A DNA stretch of 64,000 nt from Octopus bimaculoides (lineage: Eukaryota), in assembly GCF_001194135.2 (NCBI RefSeq), contig NC_069007.1, positions 11,792,483 to 11,856,482 on the forward strand, in the 5' to 3' direction. Shown piece by piece: positions 1 to 12,874 of the stretch (position 1 is the first letter of the stretch; every line of letters begins with the position of its first letter). The translations under genes were made by a program, and so were the position numbers. Under the pieces are notes generated by a model, which was not told where the DNA came from, did no database searches, and saw only the letters and a program-made list of their open reading frames with translations.

Positions 1-290
1 TCATGTTTCCAAAGGTGAATTATTCAAACCCCAAAAAACTCCTCTCAACACATGGCTATGATGCTCCCCCACTGCTTCTGCTCATGATCAGAGATGCACA
101 TATCGTCAGCCACCAAGGGACATGCACAACTGGTTAAGGTCAAACAACTGACAAGCAAATCTGTGGTGTTGAGCAGAATATATGCTGTAGCCCATCATTT
201 ATACCAAAACAAAACAATGTACATGATAACAATTCCAATCAGTTAAGATCAGAAGCCATGAAAAATCACTGTCTGGTACATCATCAGGGC
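1..290. repeat. Dispersed non-coding repeat associated with (ATT)n; partial copy at the window edge
   Basis: Aligns by eye over about 250 bp with 41460-41712 (TTTCCAAAGGTGAATTATYCAAACCCCAAA...CTCTCAACA...GAGCAGAATAT...GTACATGATAAC); ends in CATCAGGGC-(ATT)n. Confidence 0.85.
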
Positions 291-309
291 ATTATTATTA
301 TTATTATCA

Positions 310-513
310 AGGTGGTAAGCTGGCAGAATCATTAGCGTGCTGTGCTTAGTAACATTTTGTCTGTCTTTATGTTCTGAGTTCAAATTCTGCTGTGGTCAAC
401 TTTGCTTTCATCCTTTCTGGATCAATGAATTAAGTACCAGTGAAACACTGGGTTGATGTAATCGACTAGTCCCCTCCCCCAAAATTTCAGGCCTTGTGCC
501 TTTAGTAGAAAGG

Positions 514-515
<2 letters not shown>
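310..515 (+). mobile_element. tRNA-derived SINE, family N (Deu/Nin-like core, (ATT)n tail)
   Basis: Head AGCTGGCAGAATCATTAGC, B-box-like GAGTTCAAATTC, core CTTTCATCCTTTCTGGATCAATGAATTAAGTACCAG, 3' GGCCTTGTGCCTTTAGTAGAAAGG then (ATT)n; more than 12 related copies in the window. Confidence 0.8.
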
Positions 516-593
<78 letters not shown>

Positions 594-598
594 TATTA
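513..598. repeat. (ATT)n microsatellite (SINE tail); representative of many in the window
   Basis: Direct reading; it generates the poly-Ile pseudo-ORF 408-608. Confidence 0.98.
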
Positions 599-619
599 CA
601 TGCTGCATTTGTTAGCAAG

Positions 620-1310
620 GATGTTGTCTTGAGGTTTGGGGACAAGTCTCCTCAAATCTCAATAATCTTTCTTCAGGTTCTTACAGAATTTCAGGGTTGC
701 ACTTTCCTGCACGTCTACAATGCAAGCCCCAATTCCAGTATCCTTCAGCGTCTAAAGCAGCTGTTTGTGAGTTGTGACAAGTGCACCAATTACCACTGAA
801 ATAATTCTTGTCTTAGGATTCCAAAATCATTTCAACTCTCTGACAACATCCTGACATTTCTCAATTCCTTCAGTTTCTTTGGTATCCAGTCTGTTATCAT
901 ATGGAATTACAAAGTCTGTGATCTTAAACTGCTGTCCTGTATAATCACATCTGTTCTTGCTTCACTAATAAAGTCAATCTTTATGGGGAAGTCTCATAAG
1001 ATCCTGTGACTCTTATTCTCTATCACAGCCTCTGGTTCATGTTCACACCACTTTCCTGTTATTTCGAAGTCATACATTCAGCTAACATCCCAATGCACTC
1101 TCTTACCTATGGTGTCATGGCTATGCTTATACTCTTTTTGTGCTAGCTTACTGCATTTATTCAAGAAGTAATTGATACTTTCATCTCCTTTCATGCAGAT
1201 TCTACATTTTCTCTCTGACCAAGTTTTGTCAATCTTCATTTTTATTTGATTTGTCCTAATAGCATATTCCTGAGCAGCTCCTGAGTGAAAAGCAATATCT
1301 TTGGCCGCAG
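620..1310 (-). mobile_element. Dong/R4-type non-LTR retrotransposon 3' fragment (CCHC knuckle + REL endonuclease), degenerate
   Basis: ORF 1078-1314 AAQEYAIRTNQIK..KCRICMKGDESINYFLNKCSKLAQKEYKHSHDTIGKRVHWD matches the R2/R4-group CxxC..HxxxxC..LA..EY..RHD..HW motif; decayed REL region downstream; ends next to (ATT)n. Confidence 0.85.
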
Positions 1311-1494
1311 GCAAAAGAGAATTATAACATGGAAGATTCTTTACTGATTCAGTTAGCTACCGTTTTAAAGAGAGAAACAAGGTTTATTTTTGGAGATGTT
1401 CCTGCTAAATTCTATGCATATTGAAGACCTATATAATGGTTTCTAATTTAGGCACAGAGTTATCAGGTTTGAGAGAAGTGAGGGTTAGTCAATA

Positions 1495-2352
1495 CTATTG
1501 ACTGTGGATGTGTGCAATAAGAGATCTCTAATTTTAAAACAGGTAATGGTTAGCAACAGGAAGTTCAGCTTCCAGAATGTTGCTAATGTATCGGTGGGTG
1601 TTAATATTAACATCCAAGGCACAAAAACAAGGGGAGACCTTCCAGTGGTTGTCACAGCCACCCAAATCATAACTGATTGGATTTTGACATCGATTTATGA
1701 GTCTACACCTAACCAATCCAGATACACTCCAAAGTTGATCATTTTGGTGGTTTACTGTTTGTTCGATGTCAAATATCAGTTCACAGTGAACACTAGATTG
1801 GGCAACATGCCTTCAGCAATCTGACGCAGGATAAGACGAATTCTCTCCAGTTTCCTGGCCTTATAAACATGTGTAAGCTCATGACAGTGGATCATCTTGT
1901 AGGAGTGGGTCCTGAGATCCTCCTTCAGCACTCAATACAGTGATGTTTAGTCTATTTTTGCTCTGCCATCCAGTCTTCTGATGGAACAACAAAGGTTTCA
2001 CCGTTTCTTTTATCTGGTACTTTTGATAAACTGACGAGTCTGTACACTTCCTTTTCGGCCATGTCTAGATCAACCAGTCTCTTGAAATTTCTTCACAATT
2101 CCCCAGACTGTTGTTCAGTTAATTTTAAGCTTTTTTGCTATAATTATATTACTTTCACCTCCTTTATGGAGTTTTATGATCGTATTTCTGTCTATAGCTG
2201 TTACCTAATTTATAAATCTAAATCTATTTAGTCTGAAAGAAAAAGAAGACATTATAAGCTTTTATAATGAAGTATAATTTTCGCATCTTAGCACATTTGA
2301 TGATAGTTATTAAAACCGGAAAATTCAGTTGCTTTAATTTCAGGACACCTTG
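1495..2352 (-). mobile_element. Tc1/mariner-superfamily (maT-like) transposase remnant with 5' TIR
   Basis: Frameshifted peptides WVAVTTTGRSPLVFVP and RYISNILEAELP are typical of the DDD catalytic region; TIR end CAGGACACCTTG|TA at 2341-2354. Confidence 0.75.
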
Positions 2353-2671
2353 TAGTTGCACAGGTACATTTAGTCATATTGCTAATATTCTATCCTAAAC
2401 TGTTAATTCTAGGAGTAATGTGCACACGTGCATATTTGTAAGTATCCATTTGTATGTATGTTTGTTACTGTGTGTACATCATGTTGCATGGCATACACAC
2501 ATCTGTTTAATAGAACTTGACACAGATACATGTATGAATGCATGCTTCACCTGTTGTCCTTTCTATACTCTTTTAACCAAAACATTTATGAATATTCTGT
2601 ATGTGCATGTGTAGCACATATATACATACATGTATTACATATTACACATATTTTTTTTTTGTTTTTATGTG

Positions 2672-2905
2672 CCCTTCTAAAGCCTAGCTAGGCTCATGGG
2701 CCCGGTTTCCTGGTTTCTATGGAGTATGTGTTCCTCCCCAACTGGACAGGCTGCCAGTCCATCACAGCGTTACTCAAGAAACAGGAAGAAAGAGTGAGGG
2801 AAAGTTGGAGCGAAAGAGTACAACAGGGTTCACCACCATCCCCTGCCAGAGGCGCGTGGAGCTTTTAGGTGTTTTCACTCAATAAACACACGCAACGCCT
2901 GGTCT
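2672..2905 (-). mobile_element. SINE-like dispersed repeat (family D), head truncated
   Basis: Minus strand reads GTGTTTATTGAGTGAAAACACCTAAAAGCTCCAC...GGCAGGGGATGGTGGTGAACCCTG...GAAACCGGGCCCATGAGCC; recognised from memory as a common octopus repeat; single copy in this window. Confidence 0.55.
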
Positions 2906-3273
2906 ATTATATATATTATATATTATGTATATTAATGGCCGCATTATTATATATATAGAGAGAGGAAATCGAGCCAGTGTTGGATAATAAGGCATTAAGA
3001 CAATATGACTCTCCCCAGACACAACAAAATTGGCTTCAACACACGAATTCACATCAAGAATCTTGCAAGCCAAATACAAAAATGAAGTGTGTGTATATAT
3101 ATATTCATATATATATTTAACAACAAAAATTTTAATAGAGAAAATTATATCTTTATTATAGTTCTCACCTTATAAAGCCAACAATTGTTTCTATTGCATT
3201 AACATATATATATATATACATATATATATTATATATATAATATGTATATACACACATATATGAACATACATAT

Positions 3274-3334
<61 letters not shown>

Positions 3335-3713
3335 CACACACACACATGCATGTACATATATATACTTACATATAGAAAATATCATTGAAATTAATATCAG
3401 TATTCTCAAAAATACGTTAACATATATATATATATTTTTGTATATTCACACACATACAAGAATGTGTGTGTATGAAAGCAAATTTTCAACTCAGCAACAT
3501 AAAAAAAAAGAAAGACAAACTATAACCCGTCTCCTCTATCTTTGCTCTGACCTCTAAAGAATGCTGTTGGACAATTCCAGATCATTTCTCAGTTTTTTTC
3601 TTTCTACTTTTCTGGAAATTTCTGCTTCAAGCCAAAAGATCTAAAGAGATTGCTTCTGTTTTTTTTTCTTTTGTTATTCTGTGACATATTTCCTGCAGCT
3701 AAATGACAAAACA

Positions 3714-3744
<31 letters not shown>

Positions 3745-3905
3745 TGTAGATGATGATGATAATGACGAAAATGAGGCTGGTTTAAATTGCAGTGGTGTGG
3801 TGATGGTGGTGGGGAGGGGGTGTATTAACAGTGATTTTTTTTGATAAGATGATCAGTTTGGTAATGGCAGTGTTTCTCAATAATGATGCTAATAATAATA
3901 ATAAC

Positions 3906-3937
<32 letters not shown>

Positions 3938-4599
3938 CAATAATAATCATTGGTATATACAAAAAATGTATTTATATATATGTTTATTATATATACACTC
4001 ACACACACACACACACATATTTATATATATGCATATTGTGTATACATATGTGTGTGTATTTTGTGACAAACTGCAACAGAGATATATAATTTATAATATA
4101 TNNNNNNNNNNNNNNNNNNNNNNNNNNNNNNNNNNNNNNNNNNNNNNNNNNNNNNNNNNNNNNNNNNNNNNNNNNNNNNNNNNNNNNNNNNNNNNNNNNN
4201 NNNNNNNNNNNNNNNNNNNNNNNNNNNNNNNNNNNNNNNNNNNNNNNNNNNNNNNNNNNNNNNNNNNNNNNNNNNNNNNNNNNNNNNNNNNNNNNNNNNN
4301 NNNNNNNNNNNNNNNNNNNNNNNNNGAAAATAAGTCAAGGTAGAAAATGCTAAAGTAATTTTATCATAAAAAGACATTTTAGTACCAGTTTCAATCATTG
4401 AGACCTTTTCAACTCTAAGTATGGGAAACAATTAAATTTTGGAAAAATTAAATGAAAAGTTTTTTAAAAGAATATTCATTAGTATTCAAATACAAGCAGC
4501 ATTTTCTTTGTTTCTGCCTGTCTCTGTCTCTCTTTTTTACTCTTGTGGGTTCAGTCGTGAATTCTTGGCAAAGAAGTAGAAGAAAAGAATATGGGAGTG

Positions 4600-5215
4600 G
4601 TAGGATAAGAAGAAGAAGAAAAAAAAGAATGCAGGAGTGGTATGATAGTAGTAGGATGTTAAATGGTCAAGTGCCCTGAAAGTGACTTGTGGATGGTAGT
4701 AGTGATTCAATTCTTGAGGTATCTCTGTTGAATGTATTGTTTTTAATATTTGCATGGGTGTTATTCTAAGCAGCAATAGCAGTAAAGTGAGGAAGGAGGT
4801 GGCGGAGAGGAAGAAGTAGGAGAAGGAGAAGAAGGGAAAGAATAATAAAACAATGTGGGAGTGATATGATAGTAGTAGGATGTTAAATTGTCAAGTGACT
4901 TAAAGTGGCTTGTTGTGGATTACAGTAGTGATTGGGACTGTTTTTAATGAATTTTTGGGTATCTCTTTTGAATGTATCATTTTTAATATTTGCATGTGTG
5001 TTATTCTAAGTTCGTGGTGGATATGTCATTTGTTGTAGATGCGTTCAAAAGGGGTTTGTATTTTGTGATATAGAAGGACTCTTTACTAATTCGTTGACTA
5101 CAAGTTGTATCATCCCTGAATTGTTTAGAGGGGGAAAATTATGAAGCTTGGAATTTTGTTATTGGCACAAATGTCAATGTGTTGGCTGAACGCTATTTTT
5201 CTGTTTTTTGGAATT
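4600..5215 (-). mobile_element. Penelope-like element 3' remnant (GIY-YIG C-terminus plus duplicated 3' segment)
   Basis: Minus strand 5200-5040 encodes HIDICANNKIPSFIIFP..(frameshift)..QRISKESFYITKYKPLLN, resembling the PLE GIY-YIG tail; direct repeat of about 150 bp at 4626-4770 and 4852-5010. Confidence 0.6.
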
Positions 5216-5229
5216 TTCATTCGGGGTTC

Positions 5230-5650
5230 TGTTTAACAAGCAGTTTGCATAGATTGAATAATTATCTCATCACATCCAACATAAACAGACCCCTCTGCAT
5301 CCCATACAACACGTACCAGATGTCTTCATGCAGAACTCTCTTTTGGTGGCACATTCTGAAACTTTGAGGTCCTTTGCATTGGCTCTGATTGACATTCCAG
5401 GGATTTTTTATCAATCATTTCTTGGACTTTTTATACCAAGTTATGTGTTCTGGTGGTATTAGGGCCCTGTGCATGCATTTTGCATTTAGCTGCTAATGTT
5501 GGGTCCCCTTCAACAGCTTTTTACTCCTTTCAAACTTTAACAACAAAGGATTGGGCAACTTTCAGAAAATGACTCATCCTTGTATCCCTGTGCTGCATTT
5601 TTAAGGCAATGGTTATAGTGAGCCTCTCCATCTGCTCAACTTGATGCCTG
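5230..5650 (-). mobile_element. maT/Tc1-like transposase N-terminal (HTH) remnant
   Basis: Frameshifted KVQEMID..GMSIRANAKDLKVSEC..VLHEDI..MQRG; similar peptide in the remnant at 49170-49720. Confidence 0.65.
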
Positions 5651-5721
5651 ACTTTATTTATCTGAAAAGTAAAGTAAGAAACTGTAAGTTAGAGGTTTTT
5701 AAAGAGTAGTTGCCCTCAAGA

Positions 5722-6098
5722 AAGGAGTGGCTGAGTGGTAAGAAGCTTGCTTCCGAACCACATGGTCCTAGGTTCAGTCCCATTGTGTCGCACCTTGGGC
5801 AAGTGTCTTTTACTATAACCTTGGGCCAACCAAACCCTTGTGAATGGATTTGGGAGACAAAAACTGAAAGAAGCCCATTGTATATGTATGTGTTCGTTGT
5901 TTGTGTCTGTGTTTGTCCCCCCACCATCACTTGACAATTGATGTTGGTGCACTTATGTCCCTGTCACTTAGCAGTTTGGCAAAAAGAGACTGATAGAATA
6001 AGTATTAGGATTACAAAGAATAAGTCCTGGGGTCAATTTATTCGACTAAAGGTGGTGCTCCAACATGGGCACAGTCAAATACTGAAACAAGTAAAAGA

Positions 6099-6100
<2 letters not shown>
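5722..6100 (+). mobile_element. tRNA-derived SINE, family A, near full length
   Basis: Head GGAGTGGCTGAGTGGTAAG..GGTTCAGTCCC, core CACCTTGGGCAAGTGTCTT, internal TG repeat, 3' ACTGAAACAAGTAAAAGA. Confidence 0.85.
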
Positions 6101-6136
<36 letters not shown>

Positions 6137-6563
6137 GTGTGTGTGTGTGTATTTCAGCTGGACTTGTATTTAATTTAGATTCTATCTGAACAATGTGGTT
6201 GTTTCCATGCTGAAGATGTGGCAACTAAAAATAAGTGCACAAAAAGATGCAAATTTTTCAGTGTGCATTAGTTAATTACTGCAGAACCATGTGTAGGTGC
6301 AGAAATGAAAATAAGTAATTAAATGCTGAATAAAACTGAATATGAATCTCCATTCCCCTTAATTATAAATTCATTATTTTCTCAACTGGAAAAATGCCAT
6401 CTCTATAGCGACATGGATTTACTGATGCGAAGATAGACTGAGGTTCATAAATCAAACTAACTGGAGTTTTTTATACACCCACAGAGGTTAACCAACATTA
6501 ATAACCGGTACATGTGACTACAATACCCACTTGGATTCTATATCCCTACCAACAATAAAATGG

Positions 6564-6661
<98 letters not shown>

Positions 6662-6662
6662 G

Positions 6663-6693
<31 letters not shown>

Positions 6694-6709
6694 AAGTATG
6701 TATAATAAT

Positions 6710-6749
<40 letters not shown>

Positions 6750-6769
6750 GAAAAACAACATTCAAGTGT

Positions 6770-7050
6770 GATCGTTGCCAGTGCCACTGGACTGGTTCCC
6801 ATGCAGGTAGCACGTAAAAGCACCTTTGAGCATGGTCATTGCCAGAACTACCTGACTGGCCCTCGCGCCGGTGGTACGTAAAAGCACCCACTACACTCCC
6901 GGAGTGGTTGGCGTTAGGAAGGGCATCCAGCTGTAGAAACTTTACCAGATCAGATTGAAGCCTGGTGCAGCCTTCTGGCTCTCCAGTTCTCAGTCAAACC
7001 ATCCAACCCATGCCAGCATGGAAAACTGACGTTAAATGATGATGATGATG
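6770..7050 (+). mobile_element. SINE-like repeat, family R (RTE-type 3' end, (TGA)n tail), 5' truncated
   Basis: GGAGTGGTTGGCGTTAGGAAGGGCATCCAGCTGTAGAAAC...CATGGAAAACTGACGTTAAATGATGATGATG; at least 7 copies in the window. Confidence 0.8.
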
Positions 7051-7463
7051 TAGGTATAATAATAACAATAATACTAGGATGGAATTTATAGCTAGATTGG
7101 CCTTTATACTGGCAAGAAGGGATAACCATCCCTCTGTGATTCATCCAGTTATACAGTATCGCCTGATGAAATGGACCAATGATAATATGGACTATACTGT
7201 ACTAATCCTAAGGATACTGATTCTGATGTCAGAATCATCTGATCTGTGGAAACGTACCTAGCGATCTCTTAAATATTTCTAAATTCCATCCTGCTATTAT
7301 TGTTATTATATTTATACCACATTATATCGGTATAACCATGATGCAACCCCAAAAGTCTGACTCACTGGTCAGTATCACCAAACAGTAGCCAGCATAATGA
7401 AATAGGAGCTTTATTTGCATACCTCTAACGTTACCTAAACGAATTTAAAAAGATGTATGAATG

Positions 7464-7495
<32 letters not shown>

Positions 7496-8476
7496 NNNNN
7501 NNNNNNNNNNNNNNNNNNNNNNNNNNNNNNNNNNNNNNNNNNNNNNNNNNNNNNNNNNNNNNNNNNNNNNNNNNNNNNNNNNNNNNNNNNNNNNNNNNNN
7601 NNNNNNNNNNNNNNNNNNNNNNNNNNNNNNNNNNNNNNNNNNNNNNNNNNNNNNNNNNNNNNNNNNNNNNNNNNNNNNNNNNNNNNNNNNNNNNNNNNNN
7701 NNNNNNNNNNNNNNNNNNNNNNNNNNNNNNNNNNNNNNNNNNNNNNNNNNNNNNNNNNNNNNNNNNNNNNNNNNNNNNNNNNNNNNNNNNNNNNNNNNNN
7801 NNNNNNNNNNNNNNNNNNNNNNNNNNNNNNNNNNNNNNNNNNNNNNNNNNNNNNNNNNNNNNNNNNNNNNNNNNNNNNNNNNNNNNNNNNNNNNNNNNNN
7901 NNNNNNNNNNNNNNNNNNNNNNNNNNNNNNNNNNNNNNNNNNNNNNNNNNNNNNNNNNNNNNNNNNNNNNNNNNNNNNNNNNNNNNNNNNNNNNNNNNNN
8001 NNNNNNNNNNNNNNNNNNNNNNNNNNNNNNNNNNNNNNNNNNNNNNNNNNNNNNNNNNNNNNNNATATATATATATATATGTGTGATATATATATCTGAT
8101 GATTGATATATATATATAAATACTATAATATTCTTTTTTAATACTATAACATTTTTTTTTTAAATACAACAATATTCAATATGACTTCAAGTTCTCTAAG
8201 TAGGAGATATTTTAAGCTTTCTCAATTTTTAAAAACTATTTTAATTGATTTATTTGTATCTCCGATGAGAGAAATGTGACTGTTTGTATTGGCTGGAAAA
8301 CTCACCTAATACAAACGATTGTAAGGTTTTGTATTACTGCTTTTCTTTGGATTAGACCATTTGAAACCTAACATCTCGATGAATTTTTTAATGTATTTTG
8401 TATTATCATAATTAAGGAACTTGATCTATGAAATTCTGTCATCCACTTTGATTTTTGTTATTTATGTATATATGTG

Positions 8477-8520
<44 letters not shown>

Positions 8521-9559
8521 CACACACATACATGACCCCAGGATGGAGCTCTTTGGACCATACACTTTAAGAGATTCCTACTGAAGTTCTGGGACCCACA
8601 AGCTAACTACAGATAGCCATCTATGGGGGACTGGAGGACAGTACGTTGCACTCAACTCTTCTCATTTGTCCATGAGTTCAACAATTAGCCACAAAGTCTT
8701 TCCTCCCTCCACTTTGACGAGAGGTTATTGGCCACCAGCCATCAGAGTCTGAAGAAACGCCATAAAGTTAAGCACTTTATGGATGTGAAACCCCAGGGTA
8801 AGGCCATAGGCCAGCCATAACTATCTTTATCTAATTACTCTATTATTGCTTTATAACTTAGAGTGTGCTTCTCTTTCAGATTTAATCGATGTATTATTTG
8901 GCATTCTTGATTAAAAAACTTTTTGTTGAAGGAAATTTTGTAGAAGAATTTATAGAAGGAAATTTGTTGATAATGATGATTGGACTGGGATTTCTAAGGT
9001 TTGCCTTTCATGGCTTTTCATAACAGACTGACTGAGTAAGCTGCTAGAGGGAAAATGTGAAGCCCAAGTGAAACAAATGTTATCAATGCATTCACATGTG
9101 TTATATAGTCATTGCACACACATACACACTCACACACACGCACATATACGCATATTCACACACACATGTAGATGGGTAGATAGATAGATATACACACACA
9201 CATAGATGGATAGATAGATAGATACACACATGCACACAGACACACATACACACATATATATGGATAGATAAATAGATATATATACACACTTACACACACA
9301 CACATAGATGGATGGATAGATAGATAAATATATACACGCACACACACATAGATAGATGGATAGATAGATATACACACACACATACATATAGATGGATAGC
9401 TAGGTATGCACACACACATGCACACATACCCACATGTACATACACACAAGGTTCTTCTAATTGTGTACATGTCATAAAAGTGTTAAATGTAGCAGACAAA
9501 AATTCCTTAAAAATATTTTTTTAAACATTGCTATGTAGAACATTGTACAGAGGATGTAT

Positions 9560-9910
9560 GGGTTATTGAGGTGGTGTAGTACCTATGACGTGGCAGTCGT
9601 GGTGGGGGGATATGTGGTGTTCTTTCGGATAGTTCCTCTGCTCTGGTCCACCCCTGACACCTAGCCCTCACCTGTGTATCCTCAAAGCTGTCTGCATGCA
9701 ACTGCGACCTCCCCCCAGGCAATGGCTTCTGCAGGCTGGCTAAACCATGGTGAGGGTAACTGATGACTTTCAACCCTTGGTGAGCTAGGGGTTTGTCTAT
9801 CTATGCATGGTGAGAACTAGACCTGGTGGATTGTGTGAAGGAAACCATAATATTGGTTCAACAAGTAGGAAGGTGGACCAGCAAGCATTGTATGGGTCAG
9901 ACAGGGCACA
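9560..9910. repeat. GC-richer interspersed repeat, possibly a LINE (RTE) 5' region
   Basis: Composition shift and recollection of a similar octopus repeat; no ORF evidence and no second copy in the window. Confidence 0.3.
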
Positions 9911-10124
9911 GTATAATAATCCTTTCTACTAAAGGCACAAGGCCTGAAATTTGGGGATTTTGTGGTAGGGGATAGTCGATTACATCGATTCCAGTGTTTT
10001 ACTAGTACTAATTTTATCGACCTCAAAAAGATGAAAGGCAAAGTCGACCCCAGTGAAGGGCATAGTATAATAATAATAATGATAATAATAATAATAACTC
10101 TAAGCAGAAACTGAGGAATTTTCA

Positions 10125-10590
10125 ATTGCAACACAAAGCCTCCCCACCAGAAATGACAAAAAACCTATAATGAAAAGAAGCATAACAAGTAACTGCAGAA
10201 TGTGTAGACATGGATAAGATGCAATAAACCATATTATCTCTGGCTGCCCAGTCCTAGCTAAGAAGGAATATATTCACAGACACAACAGAGTTGGGACCTA
10301 CATACACTGGTAGCTATGCCAACACTATGGAATAACAAGAGAAAAAGATGGTATAAGCACATGCCAGAAAAGGTCACAGAAGATGAGAAAGCAACCAGAC
10401 TTTGGGATATGCCAATACACACAAGTCTATATAATACACGAAAAATAGTACTACTAGGCACTGCACACATCCTACATAAAACACTTTCAATATAGTAACC
10501 ATAAGAGCATCAGAACAAACCACAGCACATAGACAAGGCACATAGAGCTGTGCTCAGTAGTGCAGTGAATGCACATGATAATAATAATAA
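10125..10590 (+). mobile_element. Dong/R4-type 3' fragment with internal deletion of the REL core
   Basis: INHIISGCPVLAKKEYIHRHNRVGTYIHW..WYKHMPEKVTEDEKAT.LWDMPIHT joined directly to YNTRKIVLLGTAHIL; 3' UTR matches the copy at 41730-41830; (TAA)n tail. Confidence 0.9.
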
Positions 10591-10599
10591 TAATAATAA

Positions 10600-11730
10600 T
10601 CCTTTCTTGAAATTTTTTTTGTCAATTCCATCAACCCCAGTAATCAACTGGTACTTGTTTTATCAACTTTGAAATGACGAAAGGCAAAGTCCACCACAGT
10701 GGAATTTGAACTCACAATGCAAAGGTAGAAGAAACACCACTGCCTTACCATTCATCACCATCATCATCATGATCATCATTTAACATCCATTGTCCATGAT
10801 GGCATGGGTTGGATGGTTTGATCAGGCCTGACAAGGTGGGGAGTCGCATCAGACTCCAGTCTAATTTCGCATGGTTTCTATGGCTGGATGCCCTTCCATT
10901 GTTTATAATAATCCTTTCCATTATAGGCACAAGGCTTGAAATTTTGTAGAAAGGGGCCAGTCAATTACATCGACCCCAGTGCCCAACTGATACCCATTTT
11001 ATTGAAGCCAAAAGGATGAAAAGCAAAGTCAACCTTGGTGGAATTTGAACCCAGAATGAAAAACCAAATGAAATACTGTGAAATATATTGTCCAGTGTGC
11101 TAACGATTCTGCCAGCTTGACACCTTAGCATATACTGTTTCAGTCATTAGAATGTGGCCATGCTGGTGCATTGCCTTGAAGAATTTTTAGTCAAACAAAT
11201 TAACTATGGTACTTTATTTTTTAAGACCTGATAATTATTCTCTCACTCTCTTTTGCCAAACTGCTAAGTTATGGGGGATGTAAACACACCGACACCAAGT
11301 GGCAGTGGGGTCAAACATGGAGACAAACACACACATATGTACATATATGACAAGCTTCTTTCAGTTTCCGTCTATCTCATCCACTAACAAAGCTTTGGTC
11401 AGCCGGACACCACAGTAGAAGACACTTGTCCAAGGTGCCACACAGTCGGACTGAACCCAGAACCATGTGGTTTGGAAGCAAACTTCGTACCAAACATCCA
11501 AGCTTGCTCCTATAGTTTATAATAATCCTTCCTACTATAGGCACATGGCTGGAAATTTTGAGGGAGGAGTCAATTACATTGACCCCAGTGCTTTACTGGT
11601 ATTTATTTCATTGACCCTGGAAGGATGAAAGGCAAAGTGGCCTTCAGTGGAATTTGAACTCAGAATGTAAAGATAGATGAAATGCCATTAATCAATTTGC
11701 CCAGAGTGCTAATGATTCTGCCAACTCACC
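10600..11730 (-). mobile_element. SINE cluster: N (10600-10745), R (10765-10895), N (10910-11130), A (11130-11515), N (11520-11730), all on the minus strand
   Basis: Family-diagnostic motifs in reverse complement (GGATGAAAGGCAAAGT..GAATTTGAACTC; GACACTTGTCCAAGGTGCC; CATCATCATTTAACATCC). Confidence 0.8.
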
Positions 11731-12488
11731 ATCTTTACTATAATAATATTTGGTCCAATGCCCATAGGACGCTGGTAATCCAACACTCTCATTGGCAAAG
11801 TTGGCACCTTCACTGCATCACACCCCTACAAAAGTCCCCTGCTTCTGAACACATCAGAATGGCTAAAAGTTTTACCATTCCAGACAACTTTGGCAGTTTT
11901 TTGGAAACAATTTTTGTTGCCTCTTGCTTAACCATCATTTTTGATTGCTAATCATGTATGACTGTCACACAAAAGAATTTTTTTTTCTTTTTTTATTCTT
12001 TATAAATTCACAATATGGTAAGCTATTAATTCTATTCATCACCACTACCACCACCACGACCGTCATGGCACTCCACCCCACCGTTTCTTGGATTTTATTT
12101 TTATATTTTTTTATTCTTTGTGAACAAGAATCTGTGAAAGTATTTCAACTGAAAATCTTTTTTAAAAAATGTTATACAGAATGGCAAATGGCACAAGATA
12201 TAAATAATAAAAAGAAAAAGAATATACATAAATAAAATAAATAAAACATTTGTGTGTATGTATGTATATGTGTGTGTGTGTGTGTATATATATATATGTA
12301 TATATATATCACTAATATGTTATCTATAGTATATATAGATATAGATAAATAGATAGATATAGCTAGATAGACAGACATATATATATACAAACATACATAC
12401 ACACACATATATACATATATATATATATACACATATAACAGCTATATATATATATATATACATACATACATATATATATGTATGTATG

Positions 12489-12522
<34 letters not shown>

Positions 12523-12821
12523 NNNNNNNNNNNNNNNNNNNNNNNNNNNNNNNNNNNNNNNNNNNNNNNNNNNNNNNNNNNNNNNNNNNNNNNNNNNNNN
12601 NNNNNNNNNNNNNNNNNNNNNNNNNNNNNNNNNNNNNNNNNNNNNNNNNNNNNNNNNNNNNNNNNNNNNNNNNNNNNNNNNNNNNNNNNNNNNNNNNNNN
12701 NNNNNNNNNNNNNNNNNNNNNNNNNNNNNNNNNNNNNNNNNNNNNNNNNNNNNNNNNNNNNNNNNNNNNNNNNNNNNNNNNNNNNNNNNNNNNNNNNNNN
12801 NNNNNNNNNNNNNNNNNNNNN

Positions 12822-12874
<53 letters not shown>

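Noticed and set aside
8255-8385. Hammerhead-like CCGATGA..GAAAC with a 12-bp hairpin
   Set aside because: Core box mismatched, no clear stem I or NUH; only the hairpin (8281-8317) is solid.
8530-8830. Possible decayed LINE coding fragment
   Set aside because: Composition is suggestive but no motif could be read with confidence.
9655-9760. HDV-like ribozyme in the putative LINE 5' region (CCCTCACC / GGTGAGGG pairing)
   Set aside because: The required P3/L3 (TCCNCG-like) element before P1' and the P1.1 GG are absent.
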